From an uncultured Collinsella sp. (GTDB taxonomy: Bacteria > Actinomycetota > Coriobacteriia > Coriobacteriales > Coriobacteriaceae): DNA of 64,000 nucleotides. Shown here piece after piece: positions 35,483 through 43,847 of the stretch. The position numbers and the translations under genes are program-made. Numbering within the stretch: the stretch's first letter is position 1; each line of letters starts with the position of its first letter. Location: positions 8,352 to 72,351 of the forward strand of contig CATXJW010000003.1 in NCBI GenBank assembly GCA_958370325.1. The letters are read 5' to 3'. The notes under the pieces were generated by a model. That model had not been told where the DNA came from and did no database searches. It saw only the letters and a program-made list of their open reading frames with translations.

Positions 35483-38260
35483 TTACTTGCGACCGAATTT
35501 GATCTTGATGGCACGCTTGAGTGCGTACTTGCCCAGGCTGGGGAGCTTTTGCTCGTATTTGACCATCGTTGAGCACTCGGGGCGGTCGCGATCCAGATGG
35601 ATGGCGTCAAACGCGCACTTGGTGGTGCACAGGCCACAGCCGATGCACTTGTTGGGGTCGACGATCGAGGCACCGCAGCCCAGGCAGCGGGCGGTCTCGG
35701 CGCGCACCTGCTCTTCGGTAAAGGTCTCGACGTACTCGCTAAACGGCGCGGCCTTCTCGCGCTCGCGGTCCACGTGGGCAACCTCGCGGCTCGCGTTGTC
35801 GTAGCTCTCGATCACGACATCGTCGCGGTCGAGCGCGGTGTAGCGGCGCTGGTTGCGGCCGATGGTGAGCGTGGACCCCGGCTGCACATAGCGATGGATG
35901 GACACGGCGGCCTCGTGGCCGGCGGCGATGGCATCGATGGCAAAACTCGGACCGGTGTAGACGTCGCCGCCCACAAAGATGTCTGGCTCGGCGGTCTGGT
36001 AGGTCTGAGGATCGGCAAGGGCACCCTGACCGCGGCCAAGCTCCACCTTGGAGCCAGCCAGCAGGTCGCCCCACACAATGGACTGGCCGATGGACATGAC
36101 CACGCGGTCGGCATCGACGCGGCGCAGGTCGTTCTCGTCGTACTCGGGCGCAAAACGCCCCTCGTCATCGTAGACGCGCGTGCAGCGCTTAAAGGTGATG
36201 CCGCGCACATGACCGGCCTCGTCCAGATGGACCTGCTTGGGGCCCCAACCGCAGCTGATGTGCGCGCCGTCCTCGATGGCCTCGCGACGCTCCTCCTCGC
36301 TGGCGGGCATCTGGGCCTCGCTCTCCAGGCAGAACATCTCAACATGCTCAGAGCCCAGACGGCAGGCGTTGCGCGCGACATCGATAGCAACGTTGCCGCC
36401 GCCCACCACGATGGTGCGGCCGGGCAGCGCGTCAATCTTGCCGCTGTTGACCTCGCGCAAGAAGTCGACGGCCACGGTCACGTCCTCGGCATCCTCGCCC
36501 GGAATGCCGGCAAGGCGGCCGCCCTGGCAGCCAATAGCCACGTAGAAGGCCTTAAAGCCCTGCTCGCGCAGCTCGTCGAGCGTCACATCACGACCGACCT
36601 CCACGCCATAGCGGAACTCGGCACCCATCAGGCGAATAACCTCAACCTCGGCCTCGATGACGTCCTTCTGCAGCTTAAAGCTGGGAATACCGTAAGTGAG
36701 CATGCCGCCCGGGCGCTCGTTTTTCTCGAACACGACGGGCTTGTAGCCCTTCTCGGCCAGGTAGAAAGCGCAGGACAGGCCGGCCGGACCGGCACCGATG
36801 ATGGCAATCTTCTGGTCGAAGCCGCCGGCACGCGTCGGGGTCACCACAGGTGGGACATAGCGGGTCGCTGCGTCCAGATCGCGCTGGGCGATGAACTTCT
36901 TGACTTCGTCGATAGCCACGGCGGCGTCCACACGACCGCGGGTGCAGGCATCCTCACAGCGGCGGTTGCACACACGGCCGCAGATAGCGGGCAGCGGGTT
37001 CTCGCGCTTGATGAGCGCCAGCGCCTCGTCATAGCGGCCCTGCGCCGCGAGCTTCAAATAGCCCTGAACGGCAACGTGCGCGGGGCAGGCCGTCTTGCAG
37101 GGAGCGGTGCCGGACTCATGCGTCTCGATGCGGTTGTCGTTGCGGTAGTTGGGCGACCACTTGGTGTGGTCCCACTTGGTGGCATCGGGCAGCTCCTGGC
37201 GCGGATACTCGGGCACCCGTCCTCCCGCCTTTTTGCTGCAAAGCTTTTGGCCCAGCTTGGCGGCGCCGGCCGGACACACCTCAACGCAGCGACCGCAGGC
37301 CACGCACTTGTCCTTCTCGACCTTGGCGACATAGGCCGAGCGCGACAGGTTGGGTGTGTTGAACAGCTGCGAGGTGCGCAGGGCGTAGCACACGTTGACG
37401 TTGCAGTTGCAGATGGCGAAGATCTTGTTCTCGCCGTCGATGTTGGTGATCTGGTGCACAAAGCCGTTGTCCTCGGCCTGGCGCAAGATGTCGTAAACCT
37501 CGTCACGCGTCACATAGTGGCCACGATCGGTCTCGACCACGTAGTCGGCCATATCGCCCACGGCGATGCACCAATCTGCCGGGTCGTCGGCGCAGCCCTC
37601 ACCCATCACGCGACGGCTCGCGCGGCAGCTGCAGGTGCTAGCAGCATATTTGCCATCGTATTTGTCGAGCCAATGCTCGATATGCTCAATAGGCACCGAC
37701 GTGCTCGCGGCATCGATGGCCTTCTCGACCGGAATGACATGCATGCCGATGCCGGCACCACCGGGCGGCACCATCGGCGTAGCCTTGGACAGCGGGCCTT
37801 TGGATGCCTGCTCAAAGAACTTGGCATAGACCGGGTGCTCCTCGAGCTGACTCACGCGCATGTTGAGGAACTCGGCGGAACCCGGCACCAGCATGGGCAG
37901 TACCCACTGCTTGGCGCGCTCGGGATTTTCCCAGTTGTACTCGAGCAGACCCGTGTAGCTCATGTCGTCGAGCATCTTCTCGATATCGGCCTCGGGCATG
38001 CCGGTGAGCTTGACCATCTCGGGCAACGTGTAGGGACGGCGCATCTTCATCTTGCAGAGTACCTCGGCCTGCTCGTCGGTTGCGGCCTCGGCAAACGACC
38101 AGTACTCGTAGCCCAGCAGCTCGTCGCGATGCAGAAGACGGTTGGTGCAATGCTCGCACAGCTTGACAATGGCCTCGCGCGGATGCTCCGGCAGCGGCGG
38201 CACGAACTCCGCGCCGATATCGGGCTCGGTGTAGCTAATCCCCGGTCCGTTGAGAATCAT
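35483..38260 (-). CDS. large multidomain Fe-S flavoprotein (GltD-like NAD(P)H/FAD oxidoreductase core with ferredoxin-type clusters and an uncharacterised ~330-aa N-domain)
   Basis: 925 aa from the ATG at 38260, behind AGAAGGGA. It has CVACGRCVEVCP, the CPAH...CGRVCNRRCEDAC pattern of the glutamate synthase small-subunit type, the dinucleotide motifs IAIIGAGPAGLSCAFYL and VVGGGNVAIDVA, and a C-terminal CIGCGLCTTKC. Confidence 0.8.
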   Translation of the reverse strand: MILNGPGISYTEPDIGAEFVPPLPEHPREAIVKLCEHCTNRLLHRDELLGYEYWSFAEAATDEQAEVLCKMKMRRPYTLPEMVKLTGMPEADIEKMLDDMSYTGLLEYNWENPERAKQWVLPMLVPGSAEFLNMRVSQLEEHPVYAKFFEQASKGPLSKATPMVPPGGAGIGMHVIPVEKAIDAASTSVPIEHIEHWLDKYDGKYAASTCSCRASRRVMGEGCADDPADWCIAVGDMADYVVETDRGHYVTRDEVYDILRQAEDNGFVHQITNIDGENKIFAICNCNVNVCYALRTSQLFNTPNLSRSAYVAKVEKDKCVACGRCVEVCPAGAAKLGQKLCSKKAGGRVPEYPRQELPDATKWDHTKWSPNYRNDNRIETHESGTAPCKTACPAHVAVQGYLKLAAQGRYDEALALIKRENPLPAICGRVCNRRCEDACTRGRVDAAVAIDEVKKFIAQRDLDAATRYVPPVVTPTRAGGFDQKIAIIGAGPAGLSCAFYLAEKGYKPVVFEKNERPGGMLTYGIPSFKLQKDVIEAEVEVIRLMGAEFRYGVEVGRDVTLDELREQGFKAFYVAIGCQGGRLAGIPGEDAEDVTVAVDFLREVNSGKIDALPGRTIVVGGGNVAIDVARNACRLGSEHVEMFCLESEAQMPASEEERREAIEDGAHISCGWGPKQVHLDEAGHVRGITFKRCTRVYDDEGRFAPEYDENDLRRVDADRVVMSIGQSIVWGDLLAGSKVELGRGQGALADPQTYQTAEPDIFVGGDVYTGPSFAIDAIAAGHEAAVSIHRYVQPGSTLTIGRNQRRYTALDRDDVVIESYDNASREVAHVDREREKAAPFSEYVETFTEEQVRAETARCLGCGASIVDPNKCIGCGLCTTKCAFDAIHLDRDRPECSTMVKYEQKLPSLGKYALKRAIKIKFGRK

Positions 38261-38431
38261 GGTTGTCCCTTCTCTTGCCGCAGCCCGGCGAGACCACGGC
38301 GCCCCTCTTTTTTGCAGGCCGGGCATGCCCCCATGCCGTTCACCCGCCATTGTTGACATTGTGTCAAAAACAGTATTGACGAACCGTCAACAATATTCAA
38401 GACTGTTAGGTGAACGGTCGGGCTCAAACGG

Positions 38432-39112
38432 ATGAAAGGCGGCAAGCGCATGAGCGATAACGCATCGAACACCTCTGTGGCTGACGCCGTCCCCGCGCCC
38501 GATAGCGCGGCCAAGCGTCTGACGGGCGACGAACGCCGTCGCGAGATCCTCGATGCCGTGCGCACCGTAAGCTCCGAGCTAGGCGTGTCCCACCTATCGG
38601 TATCGGCCGTGACCAAACGCGCCGGCTGCACGCGCTCGCTGTTCTACCACTACTTTGCCGATATGGACGCCGCCGTCACCGCCGTCATGGACGAGGCAAT
38701 CGACGGCTTCATTACCGAGCTCGAGCAGTGGAATGCCAGCCGCACGGTTGGCGACATCGAGGGGGCGCTCGACACCGTCGCCCCGCTCTTTAAGCGCCTG
38801 GTCGCCAGCGGCCACGAGCTGCCGAGTACGCTCACCTCGAGCAGCGGCGCACTCTACGGCGGCTTTCTGCACAACGTGGTCCAACGCGTGGCGCAGTATA
38901 TCTGCGACACCACCGTGGTGGATTTTGTCGCCCATCATGAGCTACGCATCGACCATGTCTACGAGACGTTCTACACCCTCATCATGGGACTGTTGATGTA
39001 TATCCGCACGCACCCCGATGTACCCGACGAGACGGTCAAGGAAATCATCGCCTCGACACTCCACATCGAGGGCTATACCGCCAAGTATCCGGAGCGCAAG
39101 CCCCAGAACTGA
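38432..39112 (+). CDS. TetR/AcrR-family transcriptional regulator
   Basis: RRREILDAVRTVSSELGVSHLSVSAVTKRAGCTRSLFYHYF is a TetR-type HTH. The ATG at 38450 is an alternative start. Confidence 0.8.
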   Translation: MKGGKRMSDNASNTSVADAVPAPDSAAKRLTGDERRREILDAVRTVSSELGVSHLSVSAVTKRAGCTRSLFYHYFADMDAAVTAVMDEAIDGFITELEQWNASRTVGDIEGALDTVAPLFKRLVASGHELPSTLTSSSGALYGGFLHNVVQRVAQYICDTTVVDFVAHHELRIDHVYETFYTLIMGLLMYIRTHPDVPDETVKEIIASTLHIEGYTAKYPERKPQN

Positions 39113-39175
39113 CGACATTTGGCCAAACTGCCCGCGATCGGAAGAGGGGCCGCGGGCGTGTGAAAGGAGAGCAGC

Positions 39176-40183
39176 ATGCTGTTCGATGTTTGGGGTAGCG
39201 ATACCCTTATCCACTGGGTCGGCTGGGCGATGGTCTTTATTGGCCTCATCGTGCTCAACGAGGTCGGCCGCCGCACTAAGCTCGGCGCGGCAATCATCTT
39301 TGGCGTGGCTCCGCTGGCCATGACCATCTACTGCGTCGCCATCGCCATCGGCGTTTCGCAGGGCGCCGAGTGGGCGCTCACCAACCCCACCCATGTGTAC
39401 CAGAACAGCTGGTTCCACTACGCCAAGGTATACGCGGCGCTGGCCGGTTGCTGGGGCTTCATTGCCATTAAGTACCAGTGGGGCAAGATCGGCAAGGCGC
39501 ATTGGTTCCGCGCGTGGCCGTTTGTGATCGTTGCCATCAACATCATGATCGCCGTCGTATCCGACTTCGAGAGCGCCTATCACTTCTTTGTCCTGGGCGA
39601 GTCCACCTGGGTCACCTCCGAGGGCGCCACGCAGCTTGCCGGCTGGAACAACGTGTTCAACGGCATCGCCGGTATCATCAACATCTTCTGCATGACCGGT
39701 TGGTGGAGCGTCTACGCCTCCGAGGATCAGACCGACATGCTGTGGCCCGACATGACCTGGGTCTACATCATCGCCTACGACATCTGGAACTTCTGCTACA
39801 CCTACAACTGCCTGCCCACCCACTCCTGGTTCTGCGGCTTTGCGCTGCTGCTGGCGCCCACCGTCGCCGCCTTTATCTGGAACAAGGGCGGCTGGATCCA
39901 GAACCGCGCCTTTACGCTGGCTATTTGGTGCATGTTTGCCCAGGTGTTCCCCTACTTCCAGGAGGAGTCCATCTTTGTGACCCACTCCACGCTCGACCCC
40001 GGCGCCGCTACCGCGGTCTCGATCGCCGCACTGGTCGCCAACGTCGCCGCGATCATCTACATCGCCTACCGCGCCAAGAAGCTCGGCCGCAATCCCTACA
40101 AGCAGGATGTCTTTGAGGGCACCAGCGATTGGGAGAAGGCCACCGCTCGCCGCGCCAAGGTTGACTACGCGCACGCCGAGTAA
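39176..40183 (+). CDS. Trp-rich polytopic membrane protein of unknown function
   Basis: 335 aa with about 9-10 hydrophobic segments and 21 Trp by my count. It lies directly downstream of the TetR gene. Confidence 0.7.
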   Translation: MLFDVWGSDTLIHWVGWAMVFIGLIVLNEVGRRTKLGAAIIFGVAPLAMTIYCVAIAIGVSQGAEWALTNPTHVYQNSWFHYAKVYAALAGCWGFIAIKYQWGKIGKAHWFRAWPFVIVAINIMIAVVSDFESAYHFFVLGESTWVTSEGATQLAGWNNVFNGIAGIINIFCMTGWWSVYASEDQTDMLWPDMTWVYIIAYDIWNFCYTYNCLPTHSWFCGFALLLAPTVAAFIWNKGGWIQNRAFTLAIWCMFAQVFPYFQEESIFVTHSTLDPGAATAVSIAALVANVAAIIYIAYRAKKLGRNPYKQDVFEGTSDWEKATARRAKVDYAHAE

Positions 40184-40252
40184 CATGTTGGCCGCTGTTG
40201 GCACTTGGGCATAGGCCCGCTCACCAGGCCTTTCAATCCAATGTCTCGCAGA

Positions 40253-40292
40253 GCCCCCGAAAAGCGTTTCGCTCGCTTTCCGGGGGCTTTTT
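40253..40292 (+). terminator. rho-independent terminator
   Basis: GCCCCCGAAAAGCG-tttcgct-CGCTTTCCGGGGGC followed by TTTTT. Confidence 0.6.
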
Positions 40293-40421
40293 GTCGTTGC
40301 GCCTCTATTCATCTATTCAAAAACACGCGCATATATAAAATCGGATTTCAAATCATGCGGCGGCTCTATGGAGCCCCGTTTTTGGGTACAGTGTTGTCCC
40401 GATATCGAGCTTGGGGGATAT

Positions 40422-41924
40422 ATGAAAGATGAGACGACGGGCCAAGAGGATGCGGCCCAAGATGCAGAAGCGTGTGCCGAGGCCCTGGAGAGCCTAGACC
40501 AGATCGCGCTGGCCGAGATTGCGTTTGACGATTCGAGCGTTGATGTGCAGGATGAGCCGGAAATCGAGGCGCAGCCCGATGATCAGGATGCAAAAGACGA
40601 TGGCGCCGCGCCCACCGAAGATGAGGCTGGGCACGAGGAATCCGAATGCGAGGCCGACGACCAGCCCGAATCCGACACGAGCGAGGAAACCATCTTGCTC
40701 GACAGCTTGCCGGCCGAAGATTCGCTGACCCGCGAGCTCCCTGGCTTAGGCTCCGCGCCTGCCGTGGACGAGACCATCGCCATGGGCGATATTCCCCTAC
40801 CGTCCGTTCCTTCGGCACATGAGGCCGAGGTCCGCCATCGCAAGATGTCGCCCAAGCGCCGCAATCTAATGGTCGCCGGCGCTGTGGCCGTCGCGCTCGT
40901 CGCCGGCGGCGCAGGCTACGCAGCCTGGAACGGATACCGGCAAGAGCAGGCTGCCATCGCCGCCGCCAATGCCCACACGATGATGTCGGTGCAGATTGGC
41001 GTACATGCCGCGGGCCTCGACTGTTCCACCGGCTCCAAGATTCCCGTACAGGTGAGCGGCCAGGATTCTGACGGCTCCTCTGTGAGCGAAACACTCTATG
41101 TTGACGAGCACGGCCGTGGCATCAAACTGCTACCCGGTGACTACACGCTCTCCATTGCCGCTTCCCCCATCGCATCCGACGGCACCGTCTATACCGTGCC
41201 GACCACCAAGGCGCAGGTCACGATCAAGAGCGACGGACAGGACCTAAGCAGCCAGGCCGCCTTTAAGCTCAAGGTGCCTTCGGCCGACACGGTAACCGAC
41301 GACCAGATCGATGCCGCCGCCAAATATGCCGAGGAGGGAGGCGCGAGCTCCGCCGCCACCGCCAAGGTGCTCCAGCAGGCGGCAACCGCGCGGCGCGACG
41401 CCGCCGTCAATGCCGTGAGCGCGCAAAAGGCACAGGCGGCCCGTGATGCCGACGCCCGTCACAAGGCAACCGACCTCTACCAGCTCGATATCCCCGTCGA
41501 GTGGTACGGCAAGGTCGAGACTTGGCAAAATGGCAGCACGCTATGCATCTATCTTGCCGACGACAGCGATACGCCGATTGTGACGCTCGTCGCGGTGCGC
41601 GAGGGCGAGAGCTTTACGCCCGATGAGGGCGATACGGTTTTGGGTGCGGCCAATCTAGGCAACGGTTATACCGTCTACGCCAGCGGCCCCGTCTATCCGT
41701 ACGTGGTGCCCCAGACCATCAACGGACGGACGCAGAATCCCGTGTCAACCTACCCCATGGATACGGCGATTGAGCTTGTCGAGCTCACGACCGGCAACCG
41801 CTACACCTATAGCCAGATCAAGAACGTACTGGTCGGCAAAGACGGCAAGGCAGACGCCGCGACCAAGCTCGAGACCGACTACCTCGCCCAGATTCTCCTG
41901 CCGAGCATCAAGGCCCAGGACTAG
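40422..41924 (+). CDS. single-pass membrane protein with acidic cytoplasmic N-terminus and ~330-aa extracytoplasmic region
   Basis: ATG at 40422 behind GGGGGA. The first ~150 aa are rich in D/E, followed by a TM (LMVAGAVAVALVAGGAGYAAW). No family was recognised. Confidence 0.55.
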   Translation: MKDETTGQEDAAQDAEACAEALESLDQIALAEIAFDDSSVDVQDEPEIEAQPDDQDAKDDGAAPTEDEAGHEESECEADDQPESDTSEETILLDSLPAEDSLTRELPGLGSAPAVDETIAMGDIPLPSVPSAHEAEVRHRKMSPKRRNLMVAGAVAVALVAGGAGYAAWNGYRQEQAAIAAANAHTMMSVQIGVHAAGLDCSTGSKIPVQVSGQDSDGSSVSETLYVDEHGRGIKLLPGDYTLSIAASPIASDGTVYTVPTTKAQVTIKSDGQDLSSQAAFKLKVPSADTVTDDQIDAAAKYAEEGGASSAATAKVLQQAATARRDAAVNAVSAQKAQAARDADARHKATDLYQLDIPVEWYGKVETWQNGSTLCIYLADDSDTPIVTLVAVREGESFTPDEGDTVLGAANLGNGYTVYASGPVYPYVVPQTINGRTQNPVSTYPMDTAIELVELTTGNRYTYSQIKNVLVGKDGKADAATKLETDYLAQILLPSIKAQD

Positions 41925-41968
41925 CGGACCATGACACCTGAGTCCTGGCCTCGCAAATCCATAGACGA

Positions 41969-43321
41969 TTAGGAAAGGAGCCACTTCCATGCGGGCGCAG
42001 CATGTACCACGCCGTGTTTGCATGGAATATCGGCCTGCTCATCCATGGTAACGATTGCCGACTCGCCAAGATCAAACTGGGCCATCGCGACATCGAGCGC
42101 GGCAATTTCGCGCTCGCGCGTTTTCTCGCTTGTCATATCCACACTTACCTGAATCAGGCCGTAAGCCTGCATGAGCAGTGCATCCCCAGCCACAAAGTCC
42201 ACCTCATGGCTTTTATTCTTATCTTTAATCAGCAGGCGGCAAACCGAACCGGGCCGCACGGCGGGGGTCCTTCTTCTGAGCGCATTGAACACCGCGGTCT
42301 CGAGCCTCTGACCCTGATCCAATGCCGATGCGGGGGAGAACGCACCGAACATCGCGGGATCGACGGCGTAGACCTTAGACGCAGACCGCGTATTATTTGC
42401 AAGCGAACGCGTGAACTCCGGCACCGAAAACAGCAGGTAGGCGTCCTCGTAATACTCAAGTAAGTCGCTGAGCGTATTTCGACTGACGGGTATCTGTCTG
42501 CTCTTGAACTCGTTGTACACTTTGTTCACTGACAGCTCTCGTCCCGAAGATGCCATGCACCGCGCCAGAAACAGCGAGGCCAAACGGGGGTTCTTGACGT
42601 CGTAACGTTCAACGACGTCCATGGCGACCGTTCGCGACGCATATTCCTGTAGCAGCTGAATCGCGTCTGCGGGCGTCTGCTCAAGTGTCGCGATGAATCC
42701 CCCTCGCTCGAGATATCCGACCAGATGGTGTCGGAGCAACGCCGCATCGCTCGAGGAGAAGGGTGCGTTCGACTCAGGAACGCTCCCCGTCTTATATCGG
42801 ACGTATTCCGAAAAACTCAACGGAAAAAGCTCTCGCACAAGAGAACGGGCCCTGAACTCGCTCTTAAGTTCTGAGGACAGCATCTTAGAAGAAGATCCCG
42901 TCACGTAAACGGTCGCCTTCTCCGTATCGACCACGCGTCGCAGAAACGCACCCCATTCGGGTATTTCCTGGATCTCGTCAAAGAAAAGGTAGGCGCCCTC
43001 GCCTCGAGCAGCAGGATATAGTGCATAGAATGTATCGAGCACGTCCGCTAGTAGCGATGGCTCATACGGACGCAAGCGCTCATCCTCAAAATTGAAATAT
43101 AGCATCCGGTCAAGCTCGACGCCTTGGCCCTGAAGCCGCCGCATCTCCTGATACAGGCGATACGTCTTTCCACAACGACGGGCGCCCACAATCACATATA
43201 CGATGTTGTCGCGCTTTGGCTCCTGCGGGTTGCCTAGATCAAGGTCGCGCTCAAAGACCTGCGGAATCCCCTGTTGCTCAAAGTCCTTTATTTTTTGAGC
43301 CACCAAGTCGTTGAATGCCAT
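41969..43321 (-). CDS. AAA+ ATPase of the AAA_14/DUF4143 type
   Basis: Walker A is VIVGARRCGKTY and Walker B is LFFDEIQE. The C-terminal region with ...HEVDFV... matches the architecture I recall for DUF4143 ATPases. Confidence 0.8.
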   Translation of the reverse strand: MAFNDLVAQKIKDFEQQGIPQVFERDLDLGNPQEPKRDNIVYVIVGARRCGKTYRLYQEMRRLQGQGVELDRMLYFNFEDERLRPYEPSLLADVLDTFYALYPAARGEGAYLFFDEIQEIPEWGAFLRRVVDTEKATVYVTGSSSKMLSSELKSEFRARSLVRELFPLSFSEYVRYKTGSVPESNAPFSSSDAALLRHHLVGYLERGGFIATLEQTPADAIQLLQEYASRTVAMDVVERYDVKNPRLASLFLARCMASSGRELSVNKVYNEFKSRQIPVSRNTLSDLLEYYEDAYLLFSVPEFTRSLANNTRSASKVYAVDPAMFGAFSPASALDQGQRLETAVFNALRRRTPAVRPGSVCRLLIKDKNKSHEVDFVAGDALLMQAYGLIQVSVDMTSEKTREREIAALDVAMAQFDLGESAIVTMDEQADIPCKHGVVHAAPAWKWLLS

Positions 43322-43329
43322 AATTCTCC

Positions 43330-43389
43330 AATCTTGCTCTCCTGCTAATCAAGATTATAACGATTCTTGATTAGCAGGAGAGCAAGATT
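43330..43389. promoter_or_regulatory. perfect 25-bp inverted repeat immediately upstream of the ATPase start codon
   Basis: AATCTTGCTCTCCTGCTAATCAAGA (43330-43354), a 10-nt spacer, then TCTTGATTAGCAGGAGAGCAAGATT (43365-43389). Confidence 0.7.
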
Positions 43390-43527
43390 ATGCGTATCTT
43401 GATTAATGGATAAGCAAGTTTTTCTATTAGTGGCCCCTCCCGGAGGATATCGAGCGGCCGAGGGGGCAGGCATGAACGCCTCTAGCCGAAAACAAAGTAG
43501 CTAAAAACCCCGTCCCAAATGAGCTAC

Positions 43528-43719
43528 TTAACGCCAGGGGTCGGCTTCGAAGAGGGGCTCGCGCTCGGGGCGACGATCGCTATAAGGATCGTAGCCGTCG
43601 TCATCCTCGTTCTCGGCACGGATGTAGGGGTCGCGCGGCTTGGGTGCCGGCTTAGGCGCAGGCTTGGGTGCGGCATCGGTCGTCGACGTGTTCGTCTTGT
43701 TCTTGTCTATCATCTGCAT
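43528..43719 (-). CDS. small hydrophilic protein (63 aa), unknown function
   Basis: AAGGAGAT is directly followed by ATGCAGATG. The product is MQMIDKNKTNTSTTDAAPKPAPKPAPKPRDPYIRAENEDDDGYDPYSDRRPEREPLFEADPWR. Confidence 0.45.
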   Translation of the reverse strand: MQMIDKNKTNTSTTDAAPKPAPKPAPKPRDPYIRAENEDDDGYDPYSDRRPEREPLFEADPWR

Positions 43720-43765
43720 ATCTCCTTGCCGTGCAATCGTGTTCAACATCATCGATTGTCGCACG

Positions 43766-43803
43766 AAAAAGGGCGGCGGACCCCATTGGATCCGCCGCCC
43801 TTG
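43766..43803 (-). terminator. rho-independent terminator after clpB
   Basis: The minus strand reads AAGGGCGGCGGATCC-aatgg-GGTCCGCCGCCCTTTTTCG. Confidence 0.7.
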
Positions 43804-43847
43804 GCGTTTAGAGACGGCTGGCAGATTTTAAGGCATGTCCCATAAAT

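Noticed and set aside
35597-38356. 919-aa plus-strand ORF
   Set aside because: It is an antisense shadow of the Fe-S flavoprotein gene.
38942-40312. 456-aa minus-strand ORF
   Set aside because: It is antisense to the TetR 3' end and the Trp-rich membrane protein gene. It has no motifs and a shadow-frame composition.
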